Source: Clostridia bacterium
Lineage (GTDB): Bacteria > Bacillota > Clostridia > Oscillospirales > Acutalibacteraceae
NCBI GenBank assembly: GCA_017480265.1
Contig: JAFVAZ010000078.1
Span: forward strand, 1 to 36,485
Length of the DNA: 36,485 bases
Direction: 5' to 3'
The notes beneath the pieces are model-generated. The model was not told the origin of the DNA. It saw only the letters and a list, made by a program, of their open reading frames with translations, and searched no databases. Below, piece by piece: positions 28,758-36,130 of the stretch (positions within the stretch are counted from its first letter, which is position 1; the number at the start of each line of letters is the position of its first letter). A program made the position numbers and the translations under genes.

Positions 28758-28921
28758 TATGGTATAGTGATAAATATAAAAACTTAATAATAACGTAAAA
28801 AGTATTGTACTTCAATGATTATCAATTAAAAAAGCAAAACTCACTATTATAAAATAAAGTTTTGTATCTATCGTGACAAAACTTTAAAAAAATTTAAAAC
28901 GATAGAGAAATGGAGAGAGGT

Positions 28922-30046
28922 ATGAAAAAAGTTTTTGGTATTTTATTGGCGGTTGTTTTTGGTATGGCACTCCTTACGGGGTGCGGGGCGTCCGACTGGA
29001 ACCCACTGAAGCAAGGCAAAGAGCTTAATATTGCTTTCTTGGGTTCTAGCGGAAAATTTGAGGAAAGGCAAGACTTTATAGCGGGAGTAGATTTAGCTAT
29101 AAAAGAATTGTCAGAAAAAGGCGTAAATATCAAATATAAGTTGTTTAACGATGATGACAACTATGATAATGGTGTTACCAACGCTAAACAAGTAGTTAAT
29201 GATGATACTTACGCTATGGCATTTACTTTTCAGTCTTTTGAGATAGTGGACACGGTTGCTTCATTATTCGACGAAGCTGGAAAACCATTATTCATCATAA
29301 ATGGGTGTTATGATCGGACAATGGAAAGTGGCTACAAATATGTTATGAATTTAACTATTTCGGCCGAAGATGGAGGTATTGCGCTAGGAAAATATGTAGT
29401 TAACCACGGATACAAATGGATAGCGGTAGCACATTCTAATTCAGAATATGCAATCGATTTCCAGGAAGGATTCAACGATGCCGTTAGCGGAAGTGGAGCT
29501 ACAAATGTTATTGATTCAGTAAGTGGACCAAATAAAGCAACGGAGTTTGACGAAGTTTGGGCACGGTGGCAAATTTTAGGCGTAGATGCTGTGGTATTAA
29601 GTTTTGATGATATGGATTGGGCAGTTGAATTGGTAAAGATGATCAAAGAAAAAGACCCTAATATGATGATACTAGGCGATCAATACTTTAATGATTTAAG
29701 TTACATGAATGAATATGGTAAATACTTAGATGGCATGGTAATGCCGAGCTCATATCCTGTTGATTCAGATGCAGAACTGCAGAGATTCTACGATAAATAT
29801 GAGCCGCAAGTTCAATACTTAGATATCACAAGTGTCACGGCGCAAGGTTACGATCTTACAAATATGATTGCAAAAAGACTAGAAAATGCAAATAGTTCGG
29901 AAGAATTTGTAGAAGGAATGTTATCAGTAGAAGCTTACGACGGATATACAGATATTAAATTTAAACAAAACGGCAGCTTAGATAAAGAACCTAAGTATTG
30001 GGTCGTAAAGAATAATGTAGTTTATAGAGAAGAAAGTTTAAAGTAA
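28922..30046 (+). CDS. lipoprotein with type-1 periplasmic binding fold (LivJ/Peripla_BP_6-like), first gene of the peptide-export operon
   Basis: Lipobox LLTGCGAS after MKKVFGILLAVVFGMA. The alternating beta-alpha pattern (NIAFLGSSG..., WIAVAHSNSEYAIDFQEGF..., AVVLSFDD...) is typical of branched-chain amino acid type SBPs. ATG 28922 follows GGAGAGAGG, and the next gene starts 16 bp after the stop. Confidence 0.7.
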   Translation: MKKVFGILLAVVFGMALLTGCGASDWNPLKQGKELNIAFLGSSGKFEERQDFIAGVDLAIKELSEKGVNIKYKLFNDDDNYDNGVTNAKQVVNDDTYAMAFTFQSFEIVDTVASLFDEAGKPLFIINGCYDRTMESGYKYVMNLTISAEDGGIALGKYVVNHGYKWIAVAHSNSEYAIDFQEGFNDAVSGSGATNVIDSVSGPNKATEFDEVWARWQILGVDAVVLSFDDMDWAVELVKMIKEKDPNMMILGDQYFNDLSYMNEYGKYLDGMVMPSSYPVDSDAELQRFYDKYEPQVQYLDITSVTAQGYDLTNMIAKRLENANSSEEFVEGMLSVEAYDGYTDIKFKQNGSLDKEPKYWVVKNNVVYREESLK

Positions 30047-30062
30047 AAGGAGGAAAAGAATA

Positions 30063-30950
30063 ATGGAGCAGAATGGTTTATTTAGGAAAGAAGCTCTAGA
30101 TACAGTTTCAAATCCTGAGCAATTGGATCAACATGTAAGGATTACACGTCCATATATCTGGATACTGATATCAGCTATAACTGTGATGGCGATTTTCGTA
30201 GGGATATGGGCATTTACGGGAGATATGTCTTCCGGGGTCGATTCTGTAGGGGTTGTTTTTCCGGCGGATAGTGTTATGATCTCGAATGCGATGTCATCTG
30301 GAACGGTCACGGATGTATTAGTGAAAGAGAACACGCAGGTAGAGAAAGGGGACGTTTTAGCGGTTATCCCAAATATTAGCTTACTTCAGCAGATAGCTTC
30401 TTTAAGGTCTGCCGGTGATTCCGCAGCTTTGAATGCATTGAAGTATCAATATATAACCAGCTCTTTTATAGTAGCAGACAAAGCGGGGACCATAAATGGA
30501 ATAGCGTCTTTGAATAGCTCCGTGCAAGAAGGTGACCAGGTTGCCATAAATGTATCGGATAAAAGCAATTCAAATTCTAAGGAAATTTTGGCGTATGTAC
30601 CGTTTTCTACAGCTATAAATTTTAAAGTTGGGATGCAGGCACAAGTAACACCTGCAAATGTAAAAAGAGAAGAGTATGGCTACATGATAGGAACGGTCAC
30701 CAGGATCGGGACAAGCACCGTCACAGAAGAAAGCATACTGGCCTCTATGGGTACAAAGAAGTATATCTCAGCTTTAGGTTTAACGGCGGACTGCGTGGAA
30801 ATAAGGATAAGGCTAAATGTGGATAGTGCGACGAAGAGCGGATTTGAGTGGTCAAATTCTAAGGGAGGCACTGTAAGCGTGGATGTAGGTACGATCTGCA
30901 CAGTTAAATTTGTGACGGAAAGCAAGAGACCTATAGATTTATTGATTTAG
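30063..30950 (+). CDS. HlyD-family accessory/secretion protein of an NHLM-type bacteriocin exporter, short form
   Basis: N-terminus LFRKEALDTVSNPEQLDQHVRITRP followed by a TM helix. The two lipoyl-like half motifs (GTVTDVLVKENTQVEKGDVLAVI and GTINGIASLNSSVQEGDQVAINV) are separated by only about 35 aa. RBS AAGGAGGAA. Confidence 0.78.
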   Translation: MEQNGLFRKEALDTVSNPEQLDQHVRITRPYIWILISAITVMAIFVGIWAFTGDMSSGVDSVGVVFPADSVMISNAMSSGTVTDVLVKENTQVEKGDVLAVIPNISLLQQIASLRSAGDSAALNALKYQYITSSFIVADKAGTINGIASLNSSVQEGDQVAINVSDKSNSNSKEILAYVPFSTAINFKVGMQAQVTPANVKREEYGYMIGTVTRIGTSTVTEESILASMGTKKYISALGLTADCVEIRIRLNVDSATKSGFEWSNSKGGTVSVDVGTICTVKFVTESKRPIDLLI

Positions 30951-31018
30951 CCATACAAAAATAAATTAAAAAGAAAAGTTTCTATATAATATAAATTTTG
31001 TAAGAAAGGATGGATATA

Positions 31019-33187
31019 ATGAGTAATAAGGTTAAGAAAGTGCCGATAATTCTACAGATGGAAGCCTTAGAATGTGGGGCCGCTTCGTTAGCTATGATAT
31101 TTGCATTCTATAAAAAATATATCCCGCTGGAAAAGCTACGTGTAGAGTGTAGTGTATCGCGAGATGGATGTAATGCGAAGAATATGCTGATTGCGGCTAG
31201 GCACAACGGGATGGTGGCTAAAGGATATTCATATAATAGCGTAGAAAAGCTACAAGAGAGTGTAACATACCCGGCGATCATCCATTGGAATTTTAATCAT
31301 TTCGTGGTATTGTGCGGTTTTAAAGGTGATAAGGCGATTATCGCGGATCCGGCGTCTGGCATGACTAAGGTGCCGATGGATGAATTTGAGAAATCGTTTA
31401 CCGGTATCGCCATGACGTTTGAGCCGGGGGAGGAATTTGTAGCAGATGGTGAAAAAGAAAGCGTAATGAAGTTCCTCTTAAAAAGGTTGGATGGTGCGGT
31501 ATTGCCACTATGTTTCATATTACTGGCGGGCCTGTTGCTATCTATTACAGGATCGATCCAATCAGTTTTCTCAAAGGTCTTCTCAGATAAAATCCTTTAT
31601 GGTACAGACACAGGTATTATGATGCCGCTTTTGATGGCTATGGGGATTACTTTGGTAGTGACGTTTATCTTAATGAGCTTGAGGTCAATTTATTTAATGA
31701 AAATACAAGGTAAGATGAGCGTTAACTCTGGGATGCTTTTCATGTGGCATGTTTTGAGGATGCCGGTGGAGTTTTTCTCCCAAAGGTACGCCGGAGACAT
31801 CAGCTCAAGGCAAGATAGTAACGATACCGTAGCTAGGACTATCTGCCAGAAGGTCGCTCCGATAGTACTCAATTTAATCATGATTGGTGTATACTTTTGT
31901 GTTCTCATTTATTACGATTGGAAAATGTCCTTGATTGGATTGGCAGCGGCTTTGATTAATATCTTGATAATCAAGGTTGTTTCTAAGCAAAACGAAAACG
32001 ACAATAAGGCTTTATCTAGGGACGGCGGTATGCTGCAAGGTTGTACCGTTGCCGGGATCAGCATGATAGAAACGATCAAATCAAGTGGCTGTGAATCAGG
32101 ATTTTTCCAGAAGTGGATTGGATATCAGACAAAGTACTCTAACGGAATACAAAAAATACGAGAAAGAAACAGTTATGTTTCGATTTTACCTGCGATGGTC
32201 AAGGGTTTTTCAGATATTTTGATATTACTACTCGGTGTTTACAATATATTGATGGGAAGGTTTACGGCTGGTACACTTTTGGCGTTCCAGAGCTTTCTGA
32301 GCCAGTTCCTGTCGCCGGTATCAGAGTTAGTGGGGATCGGACAAGATATCCAGGCTTTGAGCGGCGATACAGCGAAGATAGAAGATGTCCTAAGATATGA
32401 ACCGGACGTAAATATCGACCTAAATGAGACCAATGACCCGGCTTTCAATAAAGCAAAGTTTGAGAAATTAAACGGAGACGTAGAATTAAAAGATGTAACG
32501 TTTTCGTATAGCCCATTGTCAGAACCTGTATTGAAAAATCTGAACATCAAAGCAGAAAAAGGCAAGATGGTTGCGCTAGTAGGCGGTAGCGGTAGTGGTA
32601 AGTCTACTATAGCAAAGTTGATATCCGGACTTTATCCTGTAAAAACGGGAGAGATCTTATTTGATGGTAAGAAGATCCCGGAAATTGATAGGTTGGTCTA
32701 CAGGGGCTCGCTTTCTATGGTTGACCAAGAGGTGACGCTATTCCAGGATACCATAAGGAATAATATCACTATGTGGGATGATTCCATAAGCGATGAAACT
32801 TTGATCCAAGCCTGTAAAGATGCATGCATTCACTCAGATATATTACAAAGAGAAAATGGCTACAACCATACATTGGTAGAGAACGGTAGAGATTTCTCTG
32901 GCGGACAGAGACAGAGGTTCGAGATTGCAAGAGCTTTCGTAGCTAACCCAAGCATAATGATCTTGGACGAAGCGACTTCCGCACTAGACCCTACAACGGA
33001 AAAAGCGGTTATGGATGCTGTGCGGCGCAGGGGGATAACATGCTTTGTTGTTGCGCATAGATTATCTACTATCCGGGATGCAGACGAGATCGTAATGCTA
33101 GAATATGGCGAGATAGTAGAAAGAGGAACACACGCAGAATTAATTGAGCTGGATGGTAAGTATGCTCAATTGGTGAAGAGTGAATAG
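31019..33187 (+). CDS. bacteriocin ABC exporter with N-terminal C39 double-glycine peptidase domain
   Basis: QMEALECGAASLAM (catalytic Cys), NHFVVL (His), six-TM region, Walker A GGSGSGKST, signature FSGGQRQR, Walker B IMILDEATSALD and VAHRLST. ATG 31019 follows AAAGGATGG. Confidence 0.92.
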   Translation: MSNKVKKVPIILQMEALECGAASLAMIFAFYKKYIPLEKLRVECSVSRDGCNAKNMLIAARHNGMVAKGYSYNSVEKLQESVTYPAIIHWNFNHFVVLCGFKGDKAIIADPASGMTKVPMDEFEKSFTGIAMTFEPGEEFVADGEKESVMKFLLKRLDGAVLPLCFILLAGLLLSITGSIQSVFSKVFSDKILYGTDTGIMMPLLMAMGITLVVTFILMSLRSIYLMKIQGKMSVNSGMLFMWHVLRMPVEFFSQRYAGDISSRQDSNDTVARTICQKVAPIVLNLIMIGVYFCVLIYYDWKMSLIGLAAALINILIIKVVSKQNENDNKALSRDGGMLQGCTVAGISMIETIKSSGCESGFFQKWIGYQTKYSNGIQKIRERNSYVSILPAMVKGFSDILILLLGVYNILMGRFTAGTLLAFQSFLSQFLSPVSELVGIGQDIQALSGDTAKIEDVLRYEPDVNIDLNETNDPAFNKAKFEKLNGDVELKDVTFSYSPLSEPVLKNLNIKAEKGKMVALVGGSGSGKSTIAKLISGLYPVKTGEILFDGKKIPEIDRLVYRGSLSMVDQEVTLFQDTIRNNITMWDDSISDETLIQACKDACIHSDILQRENGYNHTLVENGRDFSGGQRQRFEIARAFVANPSIMILDEATSALDPTTEKAVMDAVRRRGITCFVVAHRLSTIRDADEIVMLEYGEIVERGTHAELIELDGKYAQLVKSE

Positions 33188-33204
33188 AAAGGAGGTAGCA
33201 GATT

Positions 33205-35394
33205 ATGGATTTTTCAGAAAAAGTCAAAAGCAAAAAATTGCTAGAAAAAGAAATGTTTAGCGAGGCATGTAGAGAGGTCACGAAAGCTGCGGTTGGAGGG
33301 AATTTAGGCAGAGATTTCAAAAAAGAAGTTGCTGAAAATAAATATAATCAGTTAGCTAAAGCTATAGATAGAGTGACGGATTACTATAAAATGGATCGGA
33401 TCGTTTTAAGCAAATACGATATGGAAAATGATGCGAACCTAGATACCGCACTTGGGATTACAGGCCTCACAAGGCGTGAAGTCGCATTAAAGCGCAAGTG
33501 GTGGACTCACGGAGATGGTCCTATAGTAGCAGAGACTGCAGATGGCGAGATAGTAACTCTGATACCAAAAAAGTTCGGTGGATACAGCTATGTTGACCCA
33601 AAAACGGATAGAGTGGTGGCTATCAATAAAGAAACAGCTAAGATGATCTCACCAACGGGCAAATGCTTCTATAAGCCCTTCCCAAATGATAGATCAATGT
33701 CGGTTAAGGATCTGATAATTTACGTTTTGAAGTCATTTTCAACATTTGATATAGCGTTCTTAGCAGGTATTGCTATTATAGTAAGCCTTATGGGTCTCAT
33801 CACACCTAAGATTACCCAGATTATTTACAATCAGATCATTCCTTCCGGTACGATAAAGGATATCTTCCCTATGGGAGCGCTCCTGGTGGGTGTCACGGTT
33901 GGTTCAACGGCTTTTAGTTTGTTCCAATCTTTATGGATCGCCAGGATCGGAGATAAGATACAGTTTACCACGCAAGGAGCTTTGTGGATCCGGCTTTTAA
34001 ATTTACCGATTGGATTTTTTAAAAATTACGGATCTGGAGATTTAGCGGTCAGGACATTTAGGTTAAACCAAGTTTGTAGCGCCATTAGTAGTGATCTACT
34101 GCCTACGATGTTAGCTGTGATATTCTCATTTGTTTACTTGTGGCAGATCACCAGCTTATCTTCTAGTTTATTGCTTCCTACGGTGCTGATTATACTCTGT
34201 ATGTTGGGCAGCAACCTGCTGAATGGATATTTCTCCACTCAATTAAATAAAAAAGGAAGCAAGGTGGCACCGTTACTTTCAAGTACAGTATACCAATTAT
34301 TTAGTGGTATATCAAAGATCAAAGTAGCGGGTGCAGAGGTCAGGGCATTTTCTATATGGTCAAAGTTATATTCAAAATTAGCTAAGATTCAATTTTCACC
34401 TAATTTATTTATAAAGATTTCAGGAGCTATCAATAGTGCGATCAGCCTTGGCGGAACGATGTTGATTTACTGGATAGTTTATGCAAATAAGTTAGCACCG
34501 GCAGACTATATGGCATTTAATGCAGCATTCGGAGCATTTTCAGCGGCGATTTTGAAGATAGCTGGGATAGTAACCGAAATAGCTTATTTAAAGCCGACTA
34601 TAGAACTTTTGGAACCAATTCTGAAAGAGGTGCCGGAGTCAAATAAAAACAGAGTAAAAGTTGACTCAATTTCCGGTAAGATAGACATTAACCACGTAAA
34701 GTTTAGATACGATAAAGATAGCCCGTTGATTATAGATGACCTGAATTTATCTATAAAGAAAGGTGAATACTTAGGTATAGTTGGTTCTACAGGTTGTGGT
34801 AAATCTACGCTGTTTAGGTTGTTGTTAGGTTTTGAAACCCCAAACAGCGGTGGAATATACTTTGATAACCAAAATTTAAATAAATTGGATTTACACAGTG
34901 TAAGAAGGAAGATAGGTATCGTACTGCAGAACGGAAAACTTTTTGGCGATAGTATATTCTCCAATATAACAATAACAAACCCAACAGCGACTATGGATGA
35001 CGCTTGGTTGGCGGCAGAAAAGGCAGGTTGTGCTGAAGATATCAAAAAAATGCCTATGGGTATGCATACCATGGTATCAGAAGATGGGGGAGGCATCTCC
35101 GGTGGGCAGAAGCAAAGACTCATGATAGCACGTGCCTTGATATCAAACCCGGAATTGTTGATGTTTGACGAAGCAACGTCAGCACTTGACAATATAACAC
35201 AATCTATAGTGGTGAAAACCCTAGAGAAAATGGATATAACCAGGATAGTCATAGCTCATAGATTATCTACTATCAAAGATTGCGATAGGATTGTTTATCT
35301 GCATAAAGGCAAAATAGTAGAAGAAGGTACCTACGATGAGCTAATGGCTAAGGATGGATATTTTGCTGAGATGGCTAAACGCCAGTTAGTGTAG
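33205..35394 (+). CDS. second ABC exporter subunit with about 170-aa N-terminal domain lacking the C39 Cys motif
   Basis: GSTGCGKST, ISGGQKQR, LLMFDEATSALD and IAHRLST. The N-terminal region has no QxxxxxCG motif. RBS AAAGGAGGT, 17 bp after the previous gene. Confidence 0.9.
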   Translation: MDFSEKVKSKKLLEKEMFSEACREVTKAAVGGNLGRDFKKEVAENKYNQLAKAIDRVTDYYKMDRIVLSKYDMENDANLDTALGITGLTRREVALKRKWWTHGDGPIVAETADGEIVTLIPKKFGGYSYVDPKTDRVVAINKETAKMISPTGKCFYKPFPNDRSMSVKDLIIYVLKSFSTFDIAFLAGIAIIVSLMGLITPKITQIIYNQIIPSGTIKDIFPMGALLVGVTVGSTAFSLFQSLWIARIGDKIQFTTQGALWIRLLNLPIGFFKNYGSGDLAVRTFRLNQVCSAISSDLLPTMLAVIFSFVYLWQITSLSSSLLLPTVLIILCMLGSNLLNGYFSTQLNKKGSKVAPLLSSTVYQLFSGISKIKVAGAEVRAFSIWSKLYSKLAKIQFSPNLFIKISGAINSAISLGGTMLIYWIVYANKLAPADYMAFNAAFGAFSAAILKIAGIVTEIAYLKPTIELLEPILKEVPESNKNRVKVDSISGKIDINHVKFRYDKDSPLIIDDLNLSIKKGEYLGIVGSTGCGKSTLFRLLLGFETPNSGGIYFDNQNLNKLDLHSVRRKIGIVLQNGKLFGDSIFSNITITNPTATMDDAWLAAEKAGCAEDIKKMPMGMHTMVSEDGGGISGGQKQRLMIARALISNPELLMFDEATSALDNITQSIVVKTLEKMDITRIVIAHRLSTIKDCDRIVYLHKGKIVEEGTYDELMAKDGYFAEMAKRQLV

Positions 35395-35413
35395 AATGGA
35401 GGTGAGATTTTGT

Positions 35414-35698
35414 ATGAGAAAAGAATTAAAATGTTTTTTTGAGAAGTTATTTACTGAGCCAGAATTTCGTCAGCTTTTTTTGCAAACAAATTCAGCGCAA
35501 GAAGGTTACGAATTAGCTAAGCCATACTTGGGCGGAGTGTCGTTCAAAGAATTCAAAGATGGCGTAGCGTATGTACACAAAAAACTATACGATAAGCATT
35601 ATAAAGAGATTTCACCTTCTGATTTGAAGCATATATCAGGTGGAAGAAATGAAGATAAGATGAAAGAAATAATAAATATATTAAATTACTGGATATAA
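35414..35698 (+). CDS. Nif11-like double-glycine leader peptide precursor 1 (77-aa leader, 17-aa core RNEDKMKEIINILNYWI)
   Basis: ATG 35414 lies 7 nt after GGAGGTGA. The leader ends SDLKHISGG with hydrophobic residues at -4, -7, -12 and -15, and is homologous to the leader of precursor 2. Confidence 0.75.
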   Translation: MRKELKCFFEKLFTEPEFRQLFLQTNSAQEGYELAKPYLGGVSFKEFKDGVAYVHKKLYDKHYKEISPSDLKHISGGRNEDKMKEIINILNYWI

Positions 35699-35732
35699 GT
35701 AAAGAGTGTAAAAATTCAAATAGGAGGAGAAT

Positions 35733-36023
35733 ATGGAACGGTTTCTAGACCTTTTAACTATGGATGAGGATTTGAGAGCTATCTTTTTAGCGCAGAATTC
35801 TATTGATGGAGCTTATAAGGTGGCTGAGCCATACCTAGATGGAATGACTAAAGAAGAATTTGCAGAAGAGATGACTGGCCTTGCTAGAAACATACTGGAT
35901 AGCGGGGAAGTAACGGAGGAACAGCTTGAGACTGTCTCTGGAGGCGTAGTTGCAGAGAGAAAAGAAGTGCCTTCTTGGGTGGTATTAGGTATGTTCGCTC
36001 AGAAGAACGATAGAATGCGTTAA
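35733..36023 (+). CDS. Nif11-like double-glycine leader peptide precursor 2 (71-aa leader, 25-aa core VVAERKEVPSWVVLGMFAQKNDRMR)
   Basis: RBS TAGGAGGAG. The leader MERFLDLLTMDEDLRAIFLAQNSIDGAYKVAEPYLDGMTKEEF...EEQLETVSGG has hydrophobic residues at -4, -7 and -12. Confidence 0.8.
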   Translation: MERFLDLLTMDEDLRAIFLAQNSIDGAYKVAEPYLDGMTKEEFAEEMTGLARNILDSGEVTEEQLETVSGGVVAERKEVPSWVVLGMFAQKNDRMR

Positions 36024-36130
36024 AAACGCATGGTGGTGTGCTTACTGTACCGCACCATGAAAGGGGGTGATGGTTTAGAGCGTGAAATATTTTCTGATGG
36101 GAAAAATTATAGTGAAAGGAGGTGAGTAAA

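Larger units (their letters stand above)
28363..28895 (+). repeat. tandem direct duplication, 2 x about 268 bp (28363-28630 and 28631-about 28895)
   Basis: Both copies start AAAACCCATAAAACAAGA. Offsets are identical (the -35 sits at +98 in both). By eye they are roughly 85-90 percent identical, with a single mismatch across about 75 nt from upstream of the -35 to about 30 nt past the -10. They diverge in the last 40-60 bp. Confidence 0.9.

Noticed and set aside
28363-28895. Tandem 268-bp repeat considered as a CRISPR array, a mobile-element end or a minisatellite.
   Set aside because: There are only two copies, the units are far longer than CRISPR repeats, and there is no spacer structure. 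I saw no terminal inverted repeats, no target-site duplication and no transposase or integrase gene nearby. A promoter-module duplication fits better.
35528-35536. Internal LGG in precursor 1 (…AKPYLGGVSF…) considered as the double-glycine cleavage site.
   Set aside because: The aligned position in precursor 2 is LDG, so it is part of the conserved leader fold. The C-terminal ISGG lines up with VSGG of the other precursors and has the expected hydrophobic residues at -4, -7, -12 and -15.
36015-36059. Two overlapping hairpins after precursor 2 (ATGCGT-taaaa-ACGCAT around the stop codon, and CATGGTG-17 nt-CACCATG), considered as an intra-operon terminator or attenuator.
   Set aside because: The stems are short (6-7 bp), one has a large loop, and neither is followed by a U-tract. 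A 22-codon ORF starting at 36057 in the same spacer has no RBS.
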